Assembly (NCBI GenBank): GCA_002344005.1
Contig: DDTD01000046.1
Span: 317-64,316, forward strand
Direction: 5' to 3'
DNA from: Ignavibacteria bacterium UBA2373
GTDB lineage: Bacteria > Bacteroidota > Ignavibacteria > Kapaibacteriales > UBA961
DNA: 64,000 nucleotides
The translations under genes were made by a program, and so were the position numbers. Below the pieces are notes generated by a model. The model made no database searches, was not told where the DNA came from, and saw only the letters and a list, made by a program, of their open reading frames with translations. This document shows, piece after piece, positions 48,282 to 58,409 of this stretch (positions are counted from its first letter, which is position 1; every line of letters begins with the position of its first letter).

Positions 48282-49727
48282 ATGATACACTCCATATTCC
48301 GTGTCCATATATTATTTCTGTCTTTGTGTTCAGTTATACTGCTTTCAAGTTGCACAACAGTACTCAAGAAACAATTGACAAGAACAGAGGAAGATCGTTT
48401 TACTATTACAGTGAACGATACAACAGTAGAAAAAATCATTAATAATCCTCCCGGACCTCGTGATAATGGGATTATCTTTCCTTCACCGACCACAAAAGTA
48501 ATTACACATACAAAGACACAATATGACAGTACGTCGGAGCGATATTATCCCAATTTTATTCGTGCGGGATTATTTGAGGGCGTAGGATTATTGGGCACTT
48601 CATCGCCCTCCGAAGGTTTTGGCTCAGGATTATTTGGTGTGTTTGGAATTTTTGATCCTGAATTCGGAACAATTAATCGCAACGAACCACGCGATGTATT
48701 ATTTACAGGCGGACTCTATCGCTTTGGGATTTTTGAATGGCAATTACGGTGGTTTCGTGATGCAAAACATTGGACAGTCGGAACCAGTGCAGTAGAAATG
48801 ATAGTGCCGGAGGTAGATAATCCAAAATCCTTAGTCAGTATTTTTCCTATTTATATACGCAAACGTTTTTACTTGCGTGAATCTATTCCATATATTGCCA
48901 TTACTCCGGCTTTTGGATTCGGCTATTTCCCTTCGCAATATGGCAATGCCTCCGTATCATTAGATTTTGGCTCTATCGGAGGATTAAATTTTCGTATTTA
49001 TGCCGGATTAGCTGCCGGTATTAATCTTGCTAATTCTTCGCTTAATTCAACCTCTGCATCAGTATCTTCAACCATCCCTTATATTGGGCTTGGTACCTCA
49101 GTATTAGATTTTCTTAATAAACCGGAAGAACTTGATATTGAATGGAAAAATCACGAGCACAGTTCTTGGTCTGTGGGCTTACTCTCATTTTCGATAAATA
49201 TGTCCTCTGCCGATACCAGTTTATTCGGTTATACACAAGTTACATCACGAAACCGAACTACGTCACAAGGACAACCCGGCATAATAAATGGCTTTTCATT
49301 GCGAGTTGCACCGGTAACATTAGCTTTACCGTTTATTGATAAAAGGGTATTTATTGGAACCTCATTATTACATCTCGGTGTTTTGGGTGCAAAAGAAATT
49401 ATAATGTCGGTTTTTCCTCTTCGTGCCGGTTATTGGCATACGCTTATTCAAGATGAATTAATTCTTGAACCCTCCATTGAATATACATATTACCCTTCAC
49501 GTGTTCTTAATGTCAGTGCTGCTTGTAAATTAGCCATTAATGAATATATTAATCTGCAATTAACGGGGGGGGTCGCATCCGGTAATCCCGGAAATTCTGT
49601 CACGGCGGTTTTTGACCTAAGTGATGGGGATGTTCTTGATTTTACTACTTTTTATCTTGGCTTTGGCATAGGCATCAATGAACGATTATTCAAAGAATCG
49701 GAATTACGATACTCGCGGAAAAAATAA
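48282..49727 (+). CDS. hypothetical lipoprotein (Gly/aromatic-rich, possibly beta-barrel)
   Basis: ATG 48282 gives MIHSIFRVHILFLSLCSVILLSSC (lipobox). No assignable family. The stop overlaps the next ATG (TAATG). Confidence 0.6.
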   Translation: MIHSIFRVHILFLSLCSVILLSSCTTVLKKQLTRTEEDRFTITVNDTTVEKIINNPPGPRDNGIIFPSPTTKVITHTKTQYDSTSERYYPNFIRAGLFEGVGLLGTSSPSEGFGSGLFGVFGIFDPEFGTINRNEPRDVLFTGGLYRFGIFEWQLRWFRDAKHWTVGTSAVEMIVPEVDNPKSLVSIFPIYIRKRFYLRESIPYIAITPAFGFGYFPSQYGNASVSLDFGSIGGLNFRIYAGLAAGINLANSSLNSTSASVSSTIPYIGLGTSVLDFLNKPEELDIEWKNHEHSSWSVGLLSFSINMSSADTSLFGYTQVTSRNRTTSQGQPGIINGFSLRVAPVTLALPFIDKRVFIGTSLLHLGVLGAKEIIMSVFPLRAGYWHTLIQDELILEPSIEYTYYPSRVLNVSAACKLAINEYINLQLTGGVASGNPGNSVTAVFDLSDGDVLDFTTFYLGFGIGINERLFKESELRYSRKK

Positions 49728-50407
49728 TGAAAATACCATTTCCAATATCATCTACACTTCAAATTATTTCTATCATAATATGCGGGAATATACTTTCCGG
49801 CTGTTCACTTATTCCGTCAATACTTCCGAATCCATATATCTATCAGCTCAATAAATATACTCCCAAACAATATATCGGCTGTATCAATATTTCTCACATT
49901 GACAGCGTAGAACAAACTGCCGATAATTCAATGCGAATATTTAAGGGCGGTGCGCTGGCATTCGGACTTAATGAAGCAGCAGACCATATTACGGATATAA
50001 CAATTACTCCAACAGCAGGCAAAAATTTTACTATTGGTTTTCGTTCAACGCCTCATGATTATCTTCATAATAAAGGATTGGAATTTACCTTTGATGATAA
50101 AGCAATACTTATCAAAGAACATGGGAAGATAATTGATAAAAAGCAGTTTTCGGGCTTGCAAGAAAAAAAGCAAGAAAGATTTATTATTATCAACGATGCC
50201 GCTGAATATTCGCTTCAAATTGGATGTGATATTGTTTATCGAGGTAAAACAAAGTTACAGGGTACAGAATATTGCTTTCTCTATCCTTTTGCGGAAACAG
50301 AACTTCATGCTCAAGCAATAACTATGACCAATATACGTGTGACCAAACCATCATTAACACTTCAAAAGTCAGCCGAGAAAATTGCTAATTCACCCGCTGC
50401 GGAATAA
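49727..50407 (+). CDS. hypothetical lipoprotein
   Basis: MKIPFPISSTLQIISIIICGNILSGCS (lipobox). No assignable family. Separated by 5 nt from the ABC ATPase gene. Confidence 0.6.
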   Translation: MKIPFPISSTLQIISIIICGNILSGCSLIPSILPNPYIYQLNKYTPKQYIGCINISHIDSVEQTADNSMRIFKGGALAFGLNEAADHITDITITPTAGKNFTIGFRSTPHDYLHNKGLEFTFDDKAILIKEHGKIIDKKQFSGLQEKKQERFIIINDAAEYSLQIGCDIVYRGKTKLQGTEYCFLYPFAETELHAQAITMTNIRVTKPSLTLQKSAEKIANSPAAE

Positions 50408-50412
50408 ACATT

Positions 50413-51174
50413 ATGATATTGGACATACAACATATTTCAAAAACATACCCAAATGGGAATCAGGCATTAACAGACATTAATTTTTCTGTTAATGAAGGGG
50501 AGTTTCTTGTTATTATCGGATTAAGCGGTTCGGGTAAATCAACATTATTACGCTGCATCAATCGTTTGCATGAACCAACTTCCGGTTCTATTATATTTCG
50601 CAACAAGGATGTCACAACGATACAAGGCAAAGAGCTACGTCAATACAGACGCTCCGTCGGTATGATATTTCAGCATTTTAATCTTATTCCTCGTTATTCT
50701 GTTCTGGACAATGTTCTTACGGGCGATTTAAGCACTATGTCCGTCATGTCTGCTCTGATGAATAAATTTACCGATGAACAAAAACAACGCGCTTTGCATA
50801 ATTTGGAAATTGTGGGCATACCCGATAAAGCACAACAACGCGCCGATGAATTAAGTGGCGGACAACAACAAAGAGTAGCTATTGCCCGCACTCTGATGCA
50901 AAATCCCGATATTATTCTTGCAGATGAGCCGGTGGCATCGCTTGACCCCGCTACGTCACATTCTGTCATGAAATATTTAGAAAAAGTGAATAAAGAACAT
51001 GGAAAAACCATTATCTGTAATTTACATTTCCTCAGCTTGGTGCGCCAATATGCTACAAGAGTTATTGCGCTCAAAGGAGGGAAAATGATTTTTCAGGGAC
51101 AACCCGAAGATATTACAGACACTTGGTTCAAAACTATTTACGGTGATGATGCCACCGAAGTAGAAATTCGATAA
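50413..51174 (+). CDS. PhnC-type ABC transporter ATP-binding protein
   Basis: Walker A GLSGSGKST, signature LSGGQQQRVAIAR, Walker B ILADEP. PhnC-like stretches FQHFNLIPRYSVLDNVL, FTDEQKQRAL and ASLDP align with E. coli PhnC as I remember it. Confidence 0.85.
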   Translation: MILDIQHISKTYPNGNQALTDINFSVNEGEFLVIIGLSGSGKSTLLRCINRLHEPTSGSIIFRNKDVTTIQGKELRQYRRSVGMIFQHFNLIPRYSVLDNVLTGDLSTMSVMSALMNKFTDEQKQRALHNLEIVGIPDKAQQRADELSGGQQQRVAIARTLMQNPDIILADEPVASLDPATSHSVMKYLEKVNKEHGKTIICNLHFLSLVRQYATRVIALKGGKMIFQGQPEDITDTWFKTIYGDDATEVEIR

Positions 51175-51200
51175 ATCATTAAAATACATAAGGAGATTTT

Positions 51201-52037
51201 ATGTCTTGGTTCTTAAGAAAAAAACAAAATATTGGTGATAATATTCCTCGAGAAATGCCTGATGGACTTTTTACGCAATGTCCTTCATGCAAAACGGTTA
51301 TTTACAAAAAACAATTTGAGGAAAATTTATTTACTTGCCATAGCTGCAATCACCATTTCCGTATTACATGGGAAGAATATGTGGACATATTATTCGATCA
51401 AGGCACATTTGTTCATACCGATACCGAAGTACGAAGTGCAGACCCTCTTAACTTTGTGGATACCAAAGCATATACGCTGAGATTAAATGAAGCGTATCAA
51501 AAATCTGATTTTCCCGATGCGCTCACAGTGGGTTACGGTGATATTGTGGGACGCCATGTATCATTCGCTTGTATGAATTTCGGATTTATCGGTGGCAGTA
51601 TGGGCAGCGTCGTCGGTGAAAAATTTTATCGTGCAGGCAAAAGAGCATTAACTGACAAATGCCCGCTTATTGTTATTTCTGCTTCAGGCGGCGCACGTAT
51701 GCAAGAGTCCGCATTATCATTAATGCAAATGGCAAAAACAAGTGCTATTTTAGGAGAACTTGCTGATAATGGTTTACCCTATATTTCCATTCTTACAGAC
51801 CCAACAACAGGCGGCGTCAGTGCCTCATTTGCTATGTTGGGCGATGTCAATATTGCCGAACCCAAAGCACTCATCGGTTTTGCAGGTCCTCGCGTTATTG
51901 AACAATTTATTCGTAAAAAATTACCCGAAGGTTTCCAACGTTCTGAATCTGTTTTACAACATGGATTTTTAGATAAAGTTGTGCATAGAAAAAATCTACG
52001 TCAAACAATTCATACAATACTTCAGCATCTGTCATAA
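51201..52037 (+). CDS. accD: acetyl-CoA carboxylase carboxyltransferase subunit beta
   Basis: N-terminal zinc ribbon CPSC..CHSC, then GGSMGSVVGEK and SGGARMQE; 278 aa. Confidence 0.93.
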   Translation: MSWFLRKKQNIGDNIPREMPDGLFTQCPSCKTVIYKKQFEENLFTCHSCNHHFRITWEEYVDILFDQGTFVHTDTEVRSADPLNFVDTKAYTLRLNEAYQKSDFPDALTVGYGDIVGRHVSFACMNFGFIGGSMGSVVGEKFYRAGKRALTDKCPLIVISASGGARMQESALSLMQMAKTSAILGELADNGLPYISILTDPTTGGVSASFAMLGDVNIAEPKALIGFAGPRVIEQFIRKKLPEGFQRSESVLQHGFLDKVVHRKNLRQTIHTILQHLS

Positions 52038-52062
52038 GAAACCATCATATTCTTTCAAAAAT

Positions 52063-52104
52063 AAAACTCCCCTCTTTTCATAGACTAAAGAAGGGAGTTT
52101 TTTT
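52063..52104. terminator. bidirectional rho-independent terminator between convergent genes
   Basis: aaaactcccctcttt-tcatagact-aaagaagggagttttttt: an 11-12-bp stem with one mismatch, flanked by an A-run and a T-run. Confidence 0.7.
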
Positions 52105-52153
52105 ATATCGTATAAATAAAAGAATCAATGAGAACAATTATACACAACATATA

Positions 52154-55100
52154 CTATTTCATAATCATTACCGGAATATGCTGTAAAGCTGAGGACGAGC
52201 GCACTGCAAGATAATAATGCCCCGACGGAACGGTTTCAAGTTGCACATTGAATGTATGCAATCCCGCTATATCAACATATTTGTGCAATTCTGCCATAGC
52301 TTCGCCCATCATCGAATAAAGTATTATTTCAATTGTTTCCGGTTGAGTAATTTCCAATTCGCAATGCAATAAAGTCTTTGCCGGATTCGGAAATATATGT
52401 GCCGATGATTTTGTCCCTGCTTCCCCAAATGGTTCTTGCACAGATGAGGGATTCTCAACACCTTCACCATACAGATGCACGATGAATGGGCTGCCTATAC
52501 CGTCATGATATATTGCTATCTCACCGCTTTGACGACCTTGCAATAATGGCATAAATTTAACACTTAATTTTTGTTCGCTATTCGATGGAATAACTATGGT
52601 ATTATCAGGCGATACTATCGAATAAGTAGAATCACCCGGAAAAATACGACGAATAGATGTTACCGTAATCGGCTCATCAATCATATTTTGTAAGACTATA
52701 GTATCGGCAAGTATTTTATTGTTACCGACGGATACTATGCCACAATCAATAAAGGCATCTTGTGCTTTAAGATGTGGTAAAACACCCCTTCCAATTATTT
52801 TGAATAGCAGTGTATCATTATATTGAGTAATAAGTGTCAGATCCATGCCAAATCTTCCCTCCTCTTGTGGTGCAAATGATACTTCGATAAAATGTGACTT
52901 ACCGGATGCGAGTGTATAAGGTGCATGACCGGAAATAAAAGAAAATGTAGATCGTATTTCTTTCACCGTGCATGGAGCTATACCCGTATTTGTAAAGAAA
53001 TTTACTATCATCGTATCTTTTGTTTGTCCCACGATACAATCGCCTATGTCAATGGATGGATACTGAGTCCGAAAGGGTCTTTCTATTTTTATAGAAACAG
53101 ATTCTGACAATTTTTCATCAAGAATAGAAGAACTGCTATTGATATTCCATAACTTGATACTGGCATAATCAAACTCAGATAATAATTTTTGTTCAGAATT
53201 CCATAGCATTTGTGATGTATAAATGTATCTATGAGACGCTTTTTTCTGAAAAGCATGAAGTAGCGATCCTGTTCGTGCATCCCAAATATATGATGCGCCT
53301 TCATAGGAATTAGAAGCTGCTATTCTATCATCTGATGACCAAGCAAAACTACTCAAATGGTTAACTGCATTTGTATATGGAAATAGAGTTAAGTTTCGTA
53401 ATACTGTACCGGTTTCTGCATTATAGATGGTGCCATAATCTGAAATAAACATTATCTTTTTATTGTCAGGGCTCCATACAATATCATTACTCCAACTATA
53501 CAAGGACTTATTCCTATATGTATTGAATTGATATTTACGAGTATTTATATTCCATAGAAGAATATGTAGCTTATCGTCTCCTGTACCACTTATAGCTAAC
53601 ATTGTTCCATCCGGACTCCATGAAAGAATACTTGAACCCAAGCTGTCAATTACTAATACATCTGAAAAAGAATTATTGTCTTTATCCCAAATTACAATAC
53701 TGTCTTTACAAGATAAAGCGACATATCTGCCATGAGGATGCCAAGCAATACTATATATATCTTTTTGAAAATGTATCTCACGATAGATACTATCTTTCAT
53801 TATATCATAAATAGCGCATGTCTTCCCATAATTTAATGCTACGATATAATCTTTTGGACTAAAAATTACTTCTCCGTACTTTAGCGCTTTCTCTATTGTT
53901 TTTTTGACGATTATTCCTTTTTCCACATCCCATATTATTGATCTTCCATAAAAATCGCAGAGACTTAATGTACTATTATCGGAACTCCATTGTATTCTCA
54001 AATCGGAATTCCATTGTATTCTCGCTGGAGAAGCAAATTTCACAGGTATCTCCAATATGCGTAATGAATCGGGAAAGTTCTTATGCCAAAGAACCATACC
54101 TTCAGCAGCTACAAAAGCTAAAATATTACCGTCCGAACTCCATTCTCCTTTATCAGGATTGGGAGTAACAAAGCCAACACTGCTTATTCGCTGTTTTGTA
54201 CTTGCATTAAGAACAAAACGACTTTCTACAAGAAGATAAAGACTATTCGGACTCCAGTGATTGTATTGTTGATAGGCAGAAAATATAATACTATCACGGT
54301 TAAGTTCCGAACCATCCGCCGCATTGTACATGATACTCATATTATTTGTATTAAGGAGAATTTTTTTGCTATCAGGACTCCAGATAATTGATTCAATCTT
54401 TGTTTTATCACCTTTTAGTACAGCAATCTGAGCATTCGTTTTTGTATCCCAAAGTATTGCAAATGAATTAATATATTCTTTGATGGCAAAAAGACTTCCG
54501 TCGGGACTCCAATGTACATCTGATGCAGTGGGAGCAGAGTAATTTTCGCGTTCTTCGGTTTCTATATCAATACTACTGGCTCTATTCAATTCAGAAATAT
54601 ATAATATTTTCTTTTGATCGGAACTTAATAATGGTCGTTCAAACTGTCGTTCAAAACCTTTCAGATCATCTATCACAATTTTTTTATCAACAGTACCCTT
54701 ACTTACATTAAGAGCAAAAAACACATTCTCATGTATATAATAAATTCTAGTGCCATCTTTGCTCCATGTCATATCATTCCATGTGATTGCAATATTATGT
54801 ATTGTCTGAATTTTGATTCTTTTTTCAATATCCCAAATCACTATACTACTGTCGGACAAATATGCAGCAATATACTTATCATCCGGGCTCCATATATACT
54901 TAAAAGTCCAAGAACCATCAATAGGCATTTGTAATGATGCAAGTACATTGCCTGTCTCAACACTCCAAACAGTAAGCACATCTGTACCGGCAATTACTAT
55001 TTTTTTTCCATCATTGCTCCATTGTATATTAGGGCTGGTTCCGGGAAATTCACGCACTATTGTTCCTGTTTTTGCTTCAGCAATAATAATCTTATATTCA

Positions 55101-56707
55101 TTATTATCCTGCCCCATTACCGCTATTTTATCACTTTGTGGACTCCATACATTCTTTACTCCCAGAAAATCATCAGAAAACACACGATAACCTATTTTTT
55201 TCAATAATGTAGTATTTTCATGTGTATCATTCCTTTGATCATAATGGATTATCCGTATTTTACATTTATTCGTTTCTATATCCGGAATATTTCTCCATCG
55301 GTGCTGCAATCCCCAAGCGCGTGGAGCAATCGAATACCATGTAATACCATTATCGGTACTGAAATCTAATCCCACTGTGTCCTGCGGTGTCACACCTTCC
55401 CATCGGATAAGTGTATCGCTGCCCGATAATAATAATTCACCGCCAACAGGTTGCGTTATTCTCAACATACTATTACGAGGACTTATCCCCGGATAACCAC
55501 CACGTCCATAATACTCTTGGGCACAACCATTCTCACTTTGCAAGAGAAACTGACTATAAGCATAACCGCTGTCCAAAGCATTATACTCTACCGTCACCAC
55601 GATACTGTCACCCGCTTTAACGCTAAATGTCGAAGGAAGCATCGTAAATGCATTATTCGAACTGAGTACACCGGTGATATTGAACGAAGCATTACGAGCA
55701 TATAATGTCACATTGTGGCGAACACTCTTACCTATCGTAGGACGAGTAAATGTCGCAACTTTCGGTGAAAATTCTATGTATTCCCGATTATTTGATGCAA
55801 CTGTGTAGTCCGATGTGCTTGTTGCACCTGCATAGCTCATTTCAACATTGCGTAAACCGTTCTCACTTTGGCAACCGCGTACACTTTCCCATTCGACACG
55901 ACATGGCTCACTCTCTTGAAGAAAACTATATATTTCCCGAACAACATGATCAACGCTTTCTTGTGTCACTATACCATCATAATAATACCCATTCGTTGAT
56001 AATGCTAAATCCCGCAACGATGTTTTGATTCCTTGTCTTTCCGTTCCTGTGGGCGAATATATTATGGCAATCACCTTCACTCCATAGGCGGCGCAACTAT
56101 CCTTGCACATTTGCAATTCATCCTCGCTCAGAGAACCGCGCAATCCATCTGTACACACTATCGCTACACGCTTATGCTTGCCACGTTTTAGTATATTGAC
56201 TATACCTGTTCGTTGATCAAGCAAATAATCGCGGCTTCGTGTGGTCATGGTAGCGGTAATTTTGTCTATCAAACCGGAAAGTGATGCACCGTCGGTGGTA
56301 AAATCACGGACTATCCGTTCCCTTGCGCCGCTTGTTTGCAATGCTATCTCTGACCCTGAGTTCAATAATCGGCTTAACTGTTGCGCTGTCCGTTTACCTA
56401 ATTCTAATGCTTTTTCTCCAAATAATGACTTGTCCATTGACCTAGTATTATCAATGCTGATTCCGACAGAAACCTTGACTTCAAGTGGTGCACGACCAAT
56501 TTGAACACTACGCATTTGACGCACAATTCCATGTTCTCGTACCGACACTTCTGACTTATCCGGTACAACATATTTACCGTCTTTATCATAGATATACGCT
56601 TTGGCTTTCATCAATGGAAAATTCGTCGTATCTATATCGAATAATCGAATACTTTGGCTATATACAGGAGCACTCAGTATCATTAACATTGTAATAAGTG
56701 TTTTCAT
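52154..56707 (-). CDS. giant secreted vWA-like + WD40/PD40 beta-propeller + Ig-like (ASH/PapD-like) protein with a T9SS C-terminal sorting domain
   Basis: Start taken at MKTLITMLMILSAPVYSQ (signal). vWA-like segment ISIDNTRSM..VAIVCTDG. Thirteen W(S/H)xxG/D-type blade motifs (e.g. WSNDGKK, WSPDDKY, WSKDGTR, WSPDGSL, WSPDSKK, WSSDGN, WSPDGTM, WSPDNKK). Two Ig-like segments. C-terminus IFPNPAKTLLHCELEI..SGHYYLAV. Confidence 0.75.
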   Translation of the reverse strand: MKTLITMLMILSAPVYSQSIRLFDIDTTNFPLMKAKAYIYDKDGKYVVPDKSEVSVREHGIVRQMRSVQIGRAPLEVKVSVGISIDNTRSMDKSLFGEKALELGKRTAQQLSRLLNSGSEIALQTSGARERIVRDFTTDGASLSGLIDKITATMTTRSRDYLLDQRTGIVNILKRGKHKRVAIVCTDGLRGSLSEDELQMCKDSCAAYGVKVIAIIYSPTGTERQGIKTSLRDLALSTNGYYYDGIVTQESVDHVVREIYSFLQESEPCRVEWESVRGCQSENGLRNVEMSYAGATSTSDYTVASNNREYIEFSPKVATFTRPTIGKSVRHNVTLYARNASFNITGVLSSNNAFTMLPSTFSVKAGDSIVVTVEYNALDSGYAYSQFLLQSENGCAQEYYGRGGYPGISPRNSMLRITQPVGGELLLSGSDTLIRWEGVTPQDTVGLDFSTDNGITWYSIAPRAWGLQHRWRNIPDIETNKCKIRIIHYDQRNDTHENTTLLKKIGYRVFSDDFLGVKNVWSPQSDKIAVMGQDNNEYKIIIAEAKTGTIVREFPGTSPNIQWSNDGKKIVIAGTDVLTVWSVETGNVLASLQMPIDGSWTFKYIWSPDDKYIAAYLSDSSIVIWDIEKRIKIQTIHNIAITWNDMTWSKDGTRIYYIHENVFFALNVSKGTVDKKIVIDDLKGFERQFERPLLSSDQKKILYISELNRASSIDIETEERENYSAPTASDVHWSPDGSLFAIKEYINSFAILWDTKTNAQIAVLKGDKTKIESIIWSPDSKKILLNTNNMSIMYNAADGSELNRDSIIFSAYQQYNHWSPNSLYLLVESRFVLNASTKQRISSVGFVTPNPDKGEWSSDGNILAFVAAEGMVLWHKNFPDSLRILEIPVKFASPARIQWNSDLRIQWSSDNSTLSLCDFYGRSIIWDVEKGIIVKKTIEKALKYGEVIFSPKDYIVALNYGKTCAIYDIMKDSIYREIHFQKDIYSIAWHPHGRYVALSCKDSIVIWDKDNNSFSDVLVIDSLGSSILSWSPDGTMLAISGTGDDKLHILLWNINTRKYQFNTYRNKSLYSWSNDIVWSPDNKKIMFISDYGTIYNAETGTVLRNLTLFPYTNAVNHLSSFAWSSDDRIAASNSYEGASYIWDARTGSLLHAFQKKASHRYIYTSQMLWNSEQKLLSEFDYASIKLWNINSSSSILDEKLSESVSIKIERPFRTQYPSIDIGDCIVGQTKDTMIVNFFTNTGIAPCTVKEIRSTFSFISGHAPYTLASGKSHFIEVSFAPQEEGRFGMDLTLITQYNDTLLFKIIGRGVLPHLKAQDAFIDCGIVSVGNNKILADTIVLQNMIDEPITVTSIRRIFPGDSTYSIVSPDNTIVIPSNSEQKLSVKFMPLLQGRQSGEIAIYHDGIGSPFIVHLYGEGVENPSSVQEPFGEAGTKSSAHIFPNPAKTLLHCELEITQPETIEIILYSMMGEAMAELHKYVDIAGLHTFNVQLETVPSGHYYLAVRSSSALQHIPVMIMK

Positions 56708-57225
56708 AGCGCTTTGAGAAGAAAGTGTGAAATAAGACTGACAATTATATATATAGCACAATATATATGCCCTTTCTTCATGTAAAGTAACATTTTTAGA
56801 GTTTTTGTTACAGATGAATCAGAAAGATTTTCTCAGCAGCATTTATTTCACTTCATTAAAGTACATTTTCATGAGATAACTATGAGTTCACTTTGTCAAA
56901 AACTTTGGAAGTTGACAATTACTTCAAATATATAATTCATTAAAATTGAAGAGATTAAAAAAAAGAAATAAGATTAGATGACAGCGACGAGAACAGCGTG
57001 GAATCCGAAATGGGAAGTAAAAAAAATATAAATAATGCACAAGAAGAATGAACCTATCAATTCATCAATCTTAGCGATGTATCATGTAAATTATGTGAAA
57101 AAAATCTGACGCTTGCGTAGTACATGAGGAGTAATATGTAGAAATACATACAGTATGATTGCCCGATTTTCTTGAAATACAATTGTCGCCGAATTACATG
57201 AACGGTCGAAATATCTCCCTTCTAT

Positions 57226-58398
57226 TTACTGCAATAGCCCCAATGGATTAACATTATTGGAGCCGCGCCATACTTCAAAATGTAAATATGCACCGTCAAT
57301 AGTTTCCCCTGTTATTCCCAGTGGCTGACCTTTTTGCACATTATCGCCTTTGCGCACATAGGTTCGGAATAAATTACCATACACAGTACGAATACCTTGA
57401 CTATGCTCAACAATAATGACGGTATTATAACCCGATAAATTATAGACTAAAGAAACAATTCCTTCGGCAGAGCTGACAACACGAGTGCCCGGTTTTGCTT
57501 TAAAATCAATGCCCGGATTTTGTAAAATCACACCGGACGATTCATTTTTATATGACCCGTAACGGCGCAATAGAGAGCGTGAGGGCAATGGATAGATAAA
57601 TGTTGAACGCGGCGCAAGTGTTGATGTTTGCTTCATTGATGCATCGGAGCGGCGAGTGCGTTGTTGTTGCGAGCGTTCTTTTGCCGCCGATTGACGAATA
57701 AATGCAACAATTTTTTGCGCACTTTGAATTTTTTTCTGTAATTCTTTTTCGAGTAATTCCCTGTTTTTTTGCACTGCCGTTAATTGTCGTGAATTTTCGG
57801 CAATAGCTTGTTCCAAACGTGATTGTTGGTCTGTTGTTAAATATAATTCAATTTCATTAGTGCCTGCAAGGGAATCCAATTTTTCTGTTTCTGCTTTTAC
57901 ACTGTCATAATGGCTATGTATTTTTTTTCTTTGATTATTAAGAGCCGATATATGGGCAGTAATTGCTTTTTTTTGTGCAGTATAGCGTGGGTTATATGCC
58001 ATTATATTGGCTTGCATATACGGCAAAGGGTATGCACTTGCAAGAGTGAATATTGTTTTTCGTACTATTTTTTCTTGGGAAGAAAGTTGCAATGCACGGT
58101 TTTGTAATTCTGCGGTGGAATCATGCAATACCGTCAGTCGTTCAGCCAGCACTCCGGCTTTTTTTTGCAATGATTTACTTGCCGATTGCAATGATTGAAT
58201 ACGGGATTGGCGTTGTGTTTCTTTGGAACTTAATCGCTTAATTTCTTTTTTTGTTTTGGAAATGGCGGATTTAATGTGTCGTAAAGAACGCTTGGCTTTA
58301 CCGGATGATGCCGGCGGGGCAAATGCAGAGATTTGCCCCATAAAGCCGATAAAAAAACAATACACAATAATATATGTGATTGCATGGTGTTTCATCAA
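57226..58398 (-). CDS. M23 family peptidase with an N-terminal coiled coil (EnvC-like murein hydrolase activator)
   Basis: Signal/anchor, about 230 aa of coiled coil, and a C-terminal LytM domain (GIDFKAKPGTRV, GYNTVIIVEHSQGIRTVYGNL, LHFEVW). Confidence 0.85.
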   Translation of the reverse strand: MMKHHAITYIIVYCFFIGFMGQISAFAPPASSGKAKRSLRHIKSAISKTKKEIKRLSSKETQRQSRIQSLQSASKSLQKKAGVLAERLTVLHDSTAELQNRALQLSSQEKIVRKTIFTLASAYPLPYMQANIMAYNPRYTAQKKAITAHISALNNQRKKIHSHYDSVKAETEKLDSLAGTNEIELYLTTDQQSRLEQAIAENSRQLTAVQKNRELLEKELQKKIQSAQKIVAFIRQSAAKERSQQQRTRRSDASMKQTSTLAPRSTFIYPLPSRSLLRRYGSYKNESSGVILQNPGIDFKAKPGTRVVSSAEGIVSLVYNLSGYNTVIIVEHSQGIRTVYGNLFRTYVRKGDNVQKGQPLGITGETIDGAYLHFEVWRGSNNVNPLGLLQ

Positions 58399-58409
58399 AA
58401 ACCTTCGTA

